64,000 nucleotides of DNA, from positions 682,001-746,000 of the forward strand of contig VJWM01000117.1 of assembly GCA_010909165.1 (NCBI GenBank). The letters are read 5' to 3'. A program made the translations under genes and the position numbers. The notes beneath the pieces are model-generated. The model searched no databases. It worked only from the letters and a program-made list of their open reading frames with translations, and was not told the DNA's origin. Below, piece after piece: positions 44,374 to 56,352 of the stretch (position 1 is its first letter; the number at the start of each line of letters is the position of its first letter). The DNA comes from Anthoceros angustus. Its lineage: Eukaryota; Plantae; Anthocerotophyta.

Positions 44374-47232
44374 ATGGGTCAAAGCTCGCCCGAGACGCCG
44401 GCTGGTGCTTTGGATTCGACTGTTAAGCTCCTGTACTGTGCCAGTCAGGGGGACAAAGAGGGTCTGAAGGGCGTTTTAGCGGACGGAGCTTCTGTTAACG
44501 CAGCAGACTATGACGGCAGAACAGCATTGCATCTTGCTGCTTGTGTGGGGAATGTACCTGTGGTTGAATTGTTACTGCAACATAAGGCGTTTATCAACCC
44601 AATTGATCGGTGGGGCCGGACGGTGAGATGCGGTTGTGGATGTGATCCTCTGTCGGTTTGCCCTGCCAAGACGTTATTTTGTCGCTGTCAGTGAATCGAT
44701 TGAACTTGGAATATAATATAATATGTGATATAATCAACTCAAAGAAATTCTTCATGCTGCAGCCTCTAGAAGATGCACAGCGATACGGCTTCACGGAAGT
44801 TTGCAAGCTGTTGGAAGACAATGGAGGATCTGTTTGTTCTTCTGCTTTCTCTCCTTGCTGAAATTTTTACAATTTTTTACAGTTTTCAAGTGCTATATAT
44901 CTGAAATTGGCAGTATCTCATGTTAGACTTCGCATGATGTTAAGAAAGAGTAATTAGAAAAGCTCTTCTTGTCTGACAGGTCAACTCTACGGGTTACGAG
45001 CCTCCAGGTGCTACGGGAGCTGAATGGGAAATTGACTATTCTGAACTTGATTTCTCAAACAGTCGCTGCATTGGCAAGGTGAAAAGGACTTCGACACTGT
45101 ACTGACATCTTGTCTGAGGTTATCGTAGCCACCAGTCAGAGGGTAGATAGGACATAAGTATCAATATCGGGGAAAAAAAGCTCACACCGTAAATTGGAGT
45201 TCTGAAATGGTGAAGTTGTCTTACCTTCTTACAAAAGACTGCGGTGTGACCATCAATAGGGTGCTTTTGGAGAAATACATCTGGTTAACTGGCGAGGTAC
45301 TAGAGTGGCGGCGAAGACTATTTTGAGCTCGTTGAATTCAGATCCTAAAGTCCGGTGATTTTCCCATTTGTTGTGCCCACAAGCTCGTGATATGCATTTT
45401 AGATTTGAGGCTCAGAAGAAGGTTATGCTTCTTGGAAGTCGTCCATTGCTGGGTATGCGATATGCGTTTGATCTGACACATTTGCTGCTTACCTGCTGTT
45501 CATCCTACCCTTGTTCATGTAGTGCAGGAAAGAATTTATTGAGGAGCTGGGTCTGCTCCAAAAACTTCGACACCCAAATATTGTTCAGTTTTTGGGTGCT
45601 GTGACTAAGAGCGATCCGCTTGTCATTGTGACCGAGTACTTGCCCAGGGTTGTGTGACGATTCTCCCCTTGTTTTGTTCTATAGGTTTGTGTTTAAACGC
45701 TCATGTTTGCCAATAATCTTTCTTACTCTGAATTAGCAGGGTGATCTCCATAGGATTCTGCAAAAGGAGGGTCGGTTGAGCGCAGCCCAAGCCATCCGTT
45801 TTGCCCTTGATATTGCCCGGTAGACTCATGTGCTTCTCAGGTTAATTTCAGAGGGAAGGACGTCTTGGGTTTATTGCGTCACAGTAACGTTGAGTGCAAA
45901 AGCTGTGCAAAGCTTTCATTGACCTCCCTTCTTTCGGTTTTGCAGGGGCATGAATTATCTTCATGAACATAAGCCCAAGCCAGTATTGCATCGTGATTTG
46001 AAGCCCAGGTATGCCCCTACACACTCAGTAACTGTCATGATGTAGGCTTTGGTAGCCCAGCTCATGCAGTTCTTGTCGCTAGTGACTATGTTAACGTTGA
46101 CTTACTTTGTGAACTATATAAGTGAATTTGATTGTGTTTTGTTCTTGGAACCAGAAATTTGCTACAGGACGAAGCAGGTCATCTTAAGGTCGCAGATTTT
46201 GGGTTGGGGAAACTGGTGGAGGCTAAATCAAATGTTCATGAAGTGTATAGAATGACTGGAGAGACTGGATCATGTGCGTTTCTTGTTGTCCGATTCCTTT
46301 TTGTGTATAATGTCATTGGTTGTGTGCCACTTCTACTGATGTAAAATTCTCAACGCGGACAGCTTGGCTGTGAGGGGATACTCTGCTTGTTTGCTGGTCT
46401 ACAGGGTCTGTGACTCCGTCAGTAGGTTGTTAGCATTTGGACATGTTTTTTATTATAATTGGTCCATATGGTGAGGCCTAAGGCTGATTATGTGTGGCTT
46501 GAGTTCCTCCTAGTGTGCATGTGATGTCAAGTACTTTCTTGACTGAAGATATGGTCGGCTCACGTGATTATCAGTGCGCTGGTTCATGAGTTCAGAAAAG
46601 TGACACCACATCTGGACTGTAAAACGAATTAGCACTGATGACATCTGCGGACTGGCAGATCGATATATGGCTCCGGAGGTTTTCAAGCATGAGGAATATG
46701 ACAAAAGCGTTGATGTGTTTTCATTTGCAATCATTGTGCACGAGGTATTGCTCAAAGTTCCATTGTGAGTTTCAGGGCTTACCCTGGTCTATTCGCTGAG
46801 AAATTGAAGGTGTGTTTTATCTTGGCAGATGTTCGAGGGGACTTCATCTTATTCTCCTCAGTTATCCCATCAATTAGCGAGGGCCAGGGCGCTTGACAAC
46901 GTGAGGCCAGCTTTCACAGTTAACAACTATCCAGAGAAGATGAAAGAGTGAGATCTTCCTTCTCTCATCTTAGGGTGCTGGTTACACAAGAACAGTCTGT
47001 CATGTATGGGGAACGTGATTTCTTTTCCTGGTCCGAACCTTTTAACATGTAACCATAACTTTCTGCTTCTTTTTTGTTTGAACCCAAACCATGTCGCAGG
47101 CTTTTGCAGGAGTGCTGGCATCAAGATCCTAAGCAGCGGCCTACGTTTTTGGATATAATTTTGTCCATGGAAGAGATTGAGAAGTCATTGAATAGCTTCA
47201 GTCTCCAAAGGTGTACGTGTCTTGTTGTGTAG
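44374..47232 (+). CDS. Ankyrin-repeat Raf-like Ser/Thr kinase (VIK/ILK-like group), 11 exons
   Basis: Exons 44374-44622, 44763-44831, 44980-45078, 45260-45354, 45528-45648, 45740-45819, 45946-46008, 46155-46273, 46659-46744, 46829-46947, 47100-47232 splice in frame with GT-AG. Ankyrin DYDGRTALHLAA; kinase motifs GKGAFG, VAAK, HRDLKPRN, DFG, TGSYRYMAPE. Confidence 0.93.
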
Positions 47233-48438
47233 ATGGTAATGCAGGTATAGTGGGGTTCTGGTTCCAAAAGTTTGCCGCACTTGTGTCATGACAAGGGTGG
47301 ACCAGACCCAGCAGTTTAGCGAAACCTTCTTTTAGGATTTAACACACGCACGTTTCTACTCAGTTTGCGTCCTAGTTTTTGGGCCTGTAGCAGTTCAGCT
47401 GGAGGATGTAAATAGTGGTAGGGAGGTAGTGGAGGGGTTAGGGAGACCATCCAGCGCAGGTTCGGAATGTCGCTTGAGGGTCGTTAATCAGTGCGGGTAG
47501 GTTGGTTCATCGGATTCTGCATAAACTGGCTCACATATTTGGATTGGCTCGCATAGTTACGAATGTGGATACCTGTATGGCAGTGATCCTCATGACATCA
47601 CAGCCTCAGTGCTCGCAAACAGCCAAAGCACGACTTGGCGACTTTCGTCGCAATCACTCCTATTACCCCAAACACAGGGATGCTGTGTGCTGCCCGCTGA
47701 TGCCAGAGGAAAGAGACTTCATAGTACTTACAGCACAGAGAACGGTTTCCTTAGTATCCCTATGATACAACTGGAATGGAAAGTGAACAATGCTTGACAT
47801 CGTCTGATATTTTGCTTAGAATTGAAGAAAAAGGTTGAGGATTTATCCTTCCCCGTTTAAGGTTAAAGCTGGTGTCCAGATGAAGAAGGGACAATGTGGA
47901 GGTTTAGGGTGGTGGTCCCACGCCGCAACCATCTCGCGGCATTTGCCGAGCATGGCAGCCTAGGCGTTGTCGGCGAGGGGGAGAGATGGCGCAGCCTGGG
48001 TTCCTGTTCACGCCTCTGTGCTTCGCTGCAGCTCAACCATGCACTCCGAACAGTGATGCAGCTGGAGTGATGGTGGAAGAGGGAGATCCTGAGCTCAACA
48101 GAAATATGGACCTAACAAGAAAGCGCGCATTGGTAACTCCCCGCTGCTCCGCGCGCATCGGTAACATGGATGTCGCTGGTGTGAGACCTACAGACTGTGA
48201 GAGCTTCTTTCAGTTGTGAGCATATAGAAATTCAGATCGTAAGATTGTGTGTGCCAAGAGTGCAGATAGGTAGGTAGTGTGTGTCAAGAGTGAAGATCGG
48301 CAAGTAGTGTGTGGCAAGAGTGAATCAGATTGCAAGCTGGTTCAAAGCAATGTCCTGAGATTTCCCCTCGTCTTCATAGAATTGGAGGAAGATTCTGGAA
48401 GATTGAATACTTCGGCAGTCTAGCTTTCTCCTAGCTTG

Positions 48439-49230
48439 CTAGGACCAGCCATCGGGATCAGCGTCTTCGAAAGTAGAGCCCGCACCGATCTGATCATACC
48501 ACACCTCGCGCGAGCCCTGGGACCCGACCATGTGGCCGCTGTCGTGCCAGCCATTGGCGTAGAGGCCGGTGCGGAACTGGAAAGGGCGGCCATCATCTTG
48601 AACCGTGGTGGCCAGGTTGTAGTTCTCCGTCACCAATTTGCCATCGAACCAGAGCTTGAAGAAGCCCGTGTTGTCGCTCTTCCAGGAGGCTTGAATCACG
48701 ATCTTGTGCCACTTCCCGGCCGAGACAGTGGCCAGATTAGGGAAGTCGGTGACGGAGGCCTCGCACGGCGGGCCGGACTTGACGCGGGAGTAGAGCTGGT
48801 CGCCGCGCAACCACACCATGGTGCTCGGGATGTATTTGCTGCACGGGTAATCGTTGAAGTTGGCGATGAATTGCGCGATGTTGTAGGACTGATCGTCGAA
48901 CTCCCACGCCTCCTGCAAATGGAACGCGAATCCGTAGAACCCCGTCTGCCCGCGCTCGTACACGTTGAACTTCGCCGCCTCGGAGTGGTAGCGGCCGGTG
49001 TAGGACGGGTCGTAGATCTGCGTGCATTTGATGGAAGTGGAGCCCTTGTACACCACGTTGGTTCTTTCCGTCACCGTCCCCTCATGCTCTTGGATGATGT
49101 TGTCCCACCCGGACAGAGTGCCCGTGTTGTGGAACAAAACCTTGGCCTGGATCGAAGTCAGGCCCCGGCATATCATTACTGCCATTGCCAGCAGCTGCAG
49201 CACTTCCAGCTTGAGCACGCTCTCCATCAT
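48439..49230 (-). CDS. Secreted polysaccharide lyase family 20-like protein (endo-beta-1,4-glucuronan lyase-like), 263 aa
   Basis: Signal-peptide-like N-terminus (MMESVLKLEVLQLLAMAVMICRGLTSIQA). Motifs YTGRYHSE, FYGFAF, SYNIAQFIAN, PSTMVW, WKSDNTGFFKLWFDG, FQFRTGLYANGWHD and EVWYD match what I recall of fungal PL20 enzymes. Intronless. Confidence 0.85.
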   Translation of the reverse strand: MMESVLKLEVLQLLAMAVMICRGLTSIQAKVLFHNTGTLSGWDNIIQEHEGTVTERTNVVYKGSTSIKCTQIYDPSYTGRYHSEAAKFNVYERGQTGFYGFAFHLQEAWEFDDQSYNIAQFIANFNDYPCSKYIPSTMVWLRGDQLYSRVKSGPPCEASVTDFPNLATVSAGKWHKIVIQASWKSDNTGFFKLWFDGKLVTENYNLATTVQDDGRPFQFRTGLYANGWHDSGHMVGSQGSREVWYDQIGAGSTFEDADPDGWS

Positions 49231-49495
49231 CTCCACTGAAAGCTGCACTTGTGATTGCGAGAAGGAGAGCTTTGAATTCACGCTGGCTTGGCTTGGCTTG
49301 GATTGGATTGTGAGATTGTGCTGCGTTTGCGGTATTCAGCCATTCTCCCTTAAAAGGACGCAGAGCTACAAGTGGTCGTCATTCAAGTCTTCCGGTCTTC
49401 AGCAGGTCTTCCCTTGTCGATTCAGAACAGACTTGACAGGCCGCAGTGTCGTGTTCTGTTACTCGGAGTGGTACCCACCATACACGTGACTGATC

Positions 49496-49570
49496 TCAAG
49501 TGACCTCTTTTCCTTGTCACACACGGACGTTTTCACCACTTTTATAAAACAAGGAAAAGAGGTCACTTGA
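49496..49570. repeat. Perfect 22-bp inverted repeat with a 31-nt loop
   Basis: tcaagtgacctcttttccttgt (49496-49517) / acaaggaaaagaggtcacttga (49549-49570). Confidence 0.85.
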
Positions 49571-49779
49571 AACAACATGAAAATTGACGTTAAGGTAGAC
49601 TTGTATGGTTCATGTGGTCTCTCCTATGCAATTGGGACATGTTTGATTATAATTATCTAGCCAACGCATAATGCATGTCATGTGAAAATGGTGAAGATAC
49701 ACATTCATTTTGGTGATCTCTTTTTTGTTTTTTCAAGAGAATTCGAAGACTTTATATAGATATTTCGAAGTATAATCGA

Positions 49780-50340
49780 AGTCCCACACGGGAGTTTTTT
49801 TCATATGAAGTAACCCCGTAAGACACTAACACTTGGTGGCCAAGTCCCACACGGGAGTTTTTTTCATATGAAGTAACCCTGTAAGACACTAACACTTGGT
49901 GGCCAAGTCCCACACGGGAGTTTTTTTCATATGAAGTAACCCTGTAAGACACTAACAGTTGGTGGCCCCGCATACTACGGAGACGAGGGCACCCTTTATA
50001 AGCGGTGGCCCCACAAGGCCATGGAAATGGAGAATGAGTGGCACCCCATTCGAGCATTCATACATCCCAAGGATGCTTGACTGCGGAGTCCTTCATGCAC
50101 TAATCTATCCAAAGGACGATTGATTGGAGTTTCAAAGAACCCATGTTTGGATGTCACTCCTGAGGTAGCTTGGAGGTGATTGATTGTGGAGTTGCAAAGA
50201 ACCCATGTTTGGATGTCACTCCTGAGACAGCTTGGTGACGATTGATTGTGGAGTTGCAAAGAACCCATGTTTGGATGTCACTCCTGAGACAGCTTGGTGA
50301 CGATTGATTGTGGAGTTGCAAAGAACCCATGTTTGGATGT
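49780..50340. repeat. Two minisatellites: 63 bp x3 (49780-49965) and 62 bp x~4 (50125-50340)
   Basis: Periods read from tcatatgaag at 49801/49864/49927 and cctgagacag at 50221/50283. Confidence 0.85.
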
Positions 50341-51189
50341 CCCTGCTGAGGCAGCTTGGTTCCGTCTTCAGGAAAAAGAGCACACATTCATTTTGGTGAC
50401 CTCTTCATTTTTTTCAATTACATTAAGACAGATGCTTCAAATAATAGAATCATCATGGCCTTAGCCATCATATATTGTTGTTATATTTATTTGTCCAATA
50501 AACTTATCACTTTTGATGTTATCACACATGCCCATGACATCATATTTAGTTGTCATGGAATTGAAGAGAACATTACAGTTGTAGCGTTGGTTTGTGTACC
50601 TAGTAAAATTGCCATGTGGTTGTATGATAGTTGTGTAGTGGGTGCGTAGTGTGTGCGTAGTGTACTTATCCTTATAAGCCCTTACTTATATTACCTTGTC
50701 AACCTATATTTAAGAGGTTGTAGGTAAGGAGTGATAAGGGGTACGTAGGTTATAGGTAAGATTGAAACCCTCTGACATGCTAACATTTATCAGCGCTGAT
50801 CACACTAATCGGGAGGCGGAACATATCACATCTATCTTCAATTCGAACAGCCGCGCATGCTCCTTAATACCTATCCACTTTCTAGAAAAGATCAGCGACA
50901 CTAATTTTCTTTTAATCGAAATTGAGCACCGTTATTTGTGCTCAACACCCCATTTGAGCGTTTCGCAATCGGTTGGCTTCTCTTGAACAGATGGTCCAGG
51001 CAGGTCTCTCAATCAGTCAGATTGTATGCGCGGATGCATATCGTGGAGGAAAGGGCTAGTGAAATCCTTGGTAGGAGAAGCTCAATTTATTTTGTTGTTG
51101 CACCTCAACCTCTTGGGGGTTAATGATCCCCCTGCTCCTTCTTATCCCGGTGGCAACACAATATCGGAAGTTGTTTCTGAGACAGCGGA

Positions 51190-51500
51190 CCATGCTCGCT
51201 GCGCTTTAAACTTGAGAATTTATGGTCTTGGTAATGGCATTGTTGCACCATTTGTCGCTGCAAAGGAGTTTCTTAATAAGCTAGAGGCCGATGTGGTCGT
51301 TCCTCGTGCCTTCTGGCTTCGAAGGTATCCTGATAGAGAGCACATATTGATTATGACTTTTCACTCTATGGGTGATCGCCTCCAGGTTATGAAGGCTAGT
51401 CTGTTACGAACAACTCAGTTATATATTAATGAGGATCTTCTACCATTGCAATGGAAGACTAAGAAGGAGAAGTTACGCGCTTTCAGAGAGCTGCTCGTGC
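51190..51500 (+). mobile_element. Possible LINE ORF1-like remnant
   Basis: NLRIYGL..HILIMTFHSMGDRLQVMK..QLYINEDLLPLQWKTKKEKL resembles the RRM/CTD region of LINE ORF1 proteins. Confidence 0.4.
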
Positions 51501-52164
51501 TGCACGTCAAGTGGATTTCTTTTGTGGGGATGAATTGGTGGTGTTTAGCCCTAATTCACGCATTTTCATTCACATTGTTCATTAATTGAAGATTATTTGT
51601 TTTGTTTGAATTTTACCTTTACATTTGTCCAGACTATTTTACAAGTTTTTATTCAGGTGAAAAAACGTTGGGAAGAGCCCATCCATGAGGGGACAACAAA
51701 AGGGGACCCGGCGGTCGAGGTGGAGAGGAGCAACTGAGCTCCCTACCTAAAGTCACCTACTACACCCACAATGTCATATGCAGGAAGAATAAACGGCTAG
51801 CAAACCATGGAGGTAGAGGAAGATGCATCACCTACTGTCGCCGCCTTGGAGAGGATCGCCGTTGAGAGCGCCCGTTGAAGGGCAATTGGACTATTTTACC
51901 GTAATCTATATGTAGTTGCCATGTTTTAGTCCCATGATAGAAATCCATCCTTAATGAACTTATAAAATTTTTCTTTCTTGTATTTTGTTGCTCCGCTTCC
52001 CTCAGTTCCTACGCGAAGGTGTTTGTGGCTGTGGGAGGAGGATATGGGTGCAACGGACATGTACCATATGTGACCAGACGACGTTTAGTATGTTTGGCGT
52101 GAACGGTGCCTTAGCTGCACAAGCCCAAAGGTTTAGCAGTGCGTGCAAAATTCAGGAGGAGTTG

Positions 52165-52375
52165 GGAGTTAGGACAACGGCGAGCGCAAGGCAGACGGCT
52201 TCTACGGCACCGGTGATGGGTAGACCTTTTCGCATCCCCGATTTTGATATCCTTAGTGCAATAGGCAATTACAAAGATTGGCGACAATGGGTTAGTCCTC
52301 ATGGTATAGTGCCTTCGTAAGGGTTGTTCCCTTCTCTTGGGTTTGATGTTTTCATCTGTTTTTCATAATAAAGTC
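52165..52375 (+). mobile_element. Short 3' remnant of the same CRE-like LINE family
   Basis: RTTASARQTASTAPVMGRPFRIPDFDIL aligns with RTTASVGDAASSTPVVSRPFHIPDHEAL at ~38050 (minus). A similar T-rich UTR with AATAAA follows. Confidence 0.6.
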
Positions 52376-52399
52376 TTCTGTTCTCCGTCAAGCTCTTGG

Positions 52400-52660
52400 C
52401 CCAAAACTATGTATGATGTTCTCGGTAAGCATCTTCAGCTTGTCCAGCTGCAGCATGCACATCTCCCATAAGCACATGGGCAGCAGCATTTCCTGGATCC
52501 ATGGCACTGCAAATTTAAAATAGCCTGAAAAGTCTTGGCTATGTGACGAGGCTGTAGAGACTCGACAAGTTCCTGGAACCAATCGTCGGGGCCACAGTGG
52601 TGAGGAACACAGGCCGTCGAATGTGCACTGCGGCTTCCAGGTTCCCATTTGGCATGCATG
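52400..52660 (-). pseudogene. PPR E-domain remnant
   Basis: AMDPGNAAAHVLMGDVHAAAG, similar to the E2 motif at ~54030. Confidence 0.5.
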
Positions 52661-52779
52661 GAGGAGTTAATTTTGTGTTTCTGAAGTCACCTACAAGGAC
52701 TGCACCTGGGATGTGCAAGCAAGCCTTGTTTTGTTGTACGTGATACGTGATGTTTCCACCGACTTATTTCTTGGCGGAT

Positions 52780-54309
52780 GCGGTACGCCAAGAAAACCTC
52801 GGATGGTGGCGGTGCATGCCCTCATCGTCTTAAGTGGACTCAGCCCTACTCCTTCTTGGGGAATCGCCTGATCTGCTTCTATGTTTGCTGTGGACGTTTG
52901 GTGGAAGCAACAAGAGTTTTCACACAGTTGCCAGGTTCAGCGAGGGATAACTTCGAGTGGGCTGCTATCATCTCCGCACATGGCAATCACGGCTGGCCTC
53001 AGCAGGCTGTCCAGTTCTATGATCAAATGCATAGATTATCGAATGGAAGACCTGACTATACTGTGTTTGTGGCTGCACTCAAGGCATGATTGTCGATGCC
53101 ACGGCCTTGTCAATGGCGAGCTAATTCGAATTCATGCCCACGTAAAGAGAACATGGGTGTGCATCACGGGCTTTGGGTTACCTGGCGGTCAACATGTATG
53201 CCAAGTGTGGGAGGCTGCAGAATGCGCTCACAGTATTTGCCAGGTTGCCTACAAGAGATGCAGTAACATGGAATGCCATGATCGCAGGCTACATCCAGCA
53301 CGGATGCATCCTCAAGGCGTGTTCCAGCATGGCAGCAAAGGAGCAGGGCCAGCTGATTATCAAAAGCGGCCTGGAGCTAGATGAGTTTGTTGGAAGCAGC
53401 CTTATTGACATGTATGCCAAATGTGGGAACCTGGAAGCCGCACGTCACGTATTCGACGGCTTAGCCACCAGGGGCCTGGTCACCTGGACGGCATTGATGG
53501 CTGGAGTGCCATGATTGTTGGCTATGCTCATCATGATGGAGGCCTGGAGGTACCGGAGCTTTTTAGGCAAATTTAAATGCAACAGGAGGGCATTGAGACA
53601 GACAATATTATGCTCCTTTAACGTTCTCAGAGCGTGTTCAGGAGTGGCAGCGTTGGACCTAGGCAAACTCATTCATGCTCACATCAGGGAAGTTGGTTCA
53701 TGTCAAATGTGGTAGTCTAGATGAAGCTCGGGCTTTCTTTGACAGGTGTCGGCAAGAGATATGGTAACATGGACTTCCTTGATTGCTGGATATGCCAATG
53801 AGGGCAATGGTCAAGAGGCCCTGAGGCTCTATCAGGAGATCAAACAAATGGGACTGCAGCCGAACGAGGTGACCCTTGTCAGCCTTCTCAAGGCATGTTC
53901 CACCATGACAGCTCTCCATCAGGGTACGCTGGTGCACGCCAGAATCATCCTGGATGGTTTTTAGCTCGTAAATGATCTCGTGTCCTGGTATGGAGCATTA
54001 AGACAGAAGTGTTTTAAAGCTATTTTGGAGATGGATCCAGGAAATGCTACACCCCACGTGCTCATTGGAGATGTGTATGCTGTATCTGGAAGGTGGGAAG
54101 ATAGAGCGGCCATCCGAAAGCAGATGCAGGGCCTTTGTGCCAAGAAGGAGCCTGGTCGCACCTGGATGGAGTTGGATAGCAAGGTGCAAATATTCGGGGT
54201 CGGGGTAGAGGAAAGATCACATCCTGGCAGAAGACAATTAAGTGACAAGCTGAAAATGCTTACCGAGACCATCACAAACAACTTTCACAGACTTGGCCCC
54301 AGAGAGTGA
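52780..54309 (+). pseudogene. Decayed PLS-PPR-E/E+ gene of PG-box type
   Basis: Many frameshifted PPR pieces (MYAKCGRLQNA.., SSLIDMYAKCGNLEAAR.., VTWTSLIAGYANEG) ending in GRWEDRAAIRKQM..KKEPGRTWME. Confidence 0.8.
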
Positions 54310-54968
54310 TGACATGCCTGAAGATATGATGCTCATCCATTACCGTGGCAAACCAGAATGTGTCATCCTTGTAATGCCAAAATAGTAAGTTATATACTAG
54401 CCTAACCACACCATGTGGATCTGAGTTTTAGGGTAGACATAGCTTTCAGGAACATTGGAGTCCCCTTTTCCACCTGGGTAAATTAAATAAACTGCATTGG
54501 TTAAATCACCAGAGTCCCCTTTTCCACCTGGGAAAATTAAATAAACTGCATTGGTTAAGTCACCAGTAGGCAGGTGTTGTTTGGGGATCCAATACCCCAC
54601 CTTAATGGGAGTAGGCAGGTGTTGTTTGGGGATCCAATACCCCACCTTAATGGGAGCCATCCGAGGATGACTGACCCTCAGATTAGAGCTTCCTACACAC
54701 TTGTCATCTTATGCCATTAAATATTGAACTAATAATCTAACAAGTTTTAACAGAAATTCCTAAAGACTCGCATATCCAAGCGGACATACTTAGACAGTTG
54801 GACACCAACGAAATTTCTAAAGACGCATATAATACGTACGGCATGGTGTCCAACTATCCAAGCAGATCACACATGGACTTTAACTAAAACTGCCTCATAT
54901 ATCTTCTTCTGAGATGCATAGCGATTGTTCTCACACAAAATATCTATTTCAAACCAATTGGATGGTAG

Positions 54969-55109
54969 GATACTTGAGCTCACACTAAGATATGATACTT
55001 GAGCCCACACTAAGGTATACTTAAGCTCACAGTAAGGTATGATACTTGAGCTCACACTAAGGTATACTTGAGCTCACACTAGGGTATACTTGAGCTCACA
55101 CTAAGGTAT
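54969..55109. repeat. 23-25 bp tandem repeat (gatacttgagctcacactaaggtat), ~6 copies
   Basis: Direct inspection. Confidence 0.8.
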
Positions 55110-55380
55110 TTCATGAATTTCTACACTTGTCTCTTTGCTAAGTAGAGTTGAAAAGAGAAAAGCTTGTGAATGCCTTCCGTACTATACACCAGAGTACAAG
55201 GAGTTGGTAAGTTGTTAAGTACCAACTCCCCTGATAGAAAATTTCCATACAAGTGGATTATAATAAACTTCTCTTCTTCTTATGGTGGAGCCGAGGCGCC
55301 ATGATATGGAAATTTCCATCCAAGTCGACTATAATAGACTTCTTCTTATCGTGGAGTTGTCGACTATAATAGACTTCTTC

Positions 55381-56352
55381 TTATCGTGGAGTTCTTGAGG
55401 TTGTTATGGAGTTGGAGCTGGTTCTTGTTGTGGAGCTGGAGCTGGAGCTGGTTTCTGTTGTGGAGCTGGAGCCGGAGCTGGAGCTGTTGCTGGAGCTGGG
55501 GCGCCAGAAAAAAGTGGAAACATGACGCATGTCAGAATCGGTACACCATACTCTGGCCTTATTCCTCGACAAATCTCTTCCCTCCCATTTGCACCAACCG
55601 AACAACTTGGTTTCTTCGAGCAAGGGAGTGGTCCGCAGCATTAGATCAACATATGGCACGAGCCCAACTTCGTGGCAAACAACGTGCAGCCTGACGATGG
55701 ATGTGTTGAGCTTCCCATTCTCGCCCGGTTCACGCAATCCTGTTTGAAGCAGCGTACCCAGAGCTTGCACATCGTCATTCCCAGCCTTCACCTTGCAGAG
55801 CGTGGTGTTGCTGGCCAGGGCGTGTCCGATCATTGTCGCCCCTTTCACGTCCAACCCTATGTGCATTATTCGCAATTTGTGGAGGGAGGGGCAGACTCCA
55901 TTCTGGAGCAATCCCACCAGCTGTGACGCGCCTCCTCCTGCATCACCGCCGCCCAAACCCTCATTATTCGACAGCTCCAGGTAGCGGAGCGCGGAGTGGG
56001 GGTTGGCCTGCAGCCCGCGCACCAGCTGGGCCAACCCGCCCGCTCGCATCCAAGTGGAGAGCAAATTCAGTTTGCAGATTTTCCGGCTTCGACGCAGGAG
56101 GCCGCCTAGAGCTGCACCTGCAGCCTCACTACTCATGTCCATAAATGCCAAATCCAGGTCTTGCAGTGAGGCAGAGATGTTGGATGCGGATGCCAGCCCT
56201 CCCAACACAGCCTGCCACTCTTCCGCTCCGCCGTCCTCGCCTCTCTTGATGTCCCGCCCATCCAGCTGTCTGGTCTTGAGGGCACAAAGAAGGAGCGGGC
56301 TTGAATCCAACGACCCCTTGCCAGCGCTTGCCATGCCTCCACATAGCGACAA
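55381..56352 (-). CDS. RNI-like leucine-rich-repeat protein with a Ser-rich tail (true start uncertain; possibly truncated)
   Basis: LQDLDLAF..G AALGGLL, ICKLNLLST..GGLAQLVRGLQAN..LRYLELSNN, LHKLRIMHIGLDVKGATMIGHALASNTTL. GC-rich intronless ORF. Confidence 0.5.
   Translation of the reverse strand: MSLCGGMASAGKGSLDSSPLLLCALKTRQLDGRDIKRGEDGGAEEWQAVLGGLASASNISASLQDLDLAFMDMSSEAAGAALGGLLRRSRKICKLNLLSTWMRAGGLAQLVRGLQANPHSALRYLELSNNEGLGGGDAGGGASQLVGLLQNGVCPSLHKLRIMHIGLDVKGATMIGHALASNTTLCKVKAGNDDVQALGTLLQTGLREPGENGKLNTSIVRLHVVCHEVGLVPYVDLMLRTTPLLEETKLFGWCKWEGRDLSRNKARVWCTDSDMRHVSTFFWRPSSSNSSSSGSSSTTETSSSSSSTTRTSSNSITTSRTPR

Noticed and set aside
48436-49239. 267-aa plus-strand ORF
   Set aside because: Exact antisense of the PL20-like gene, kept open by its G/C-ending codons.
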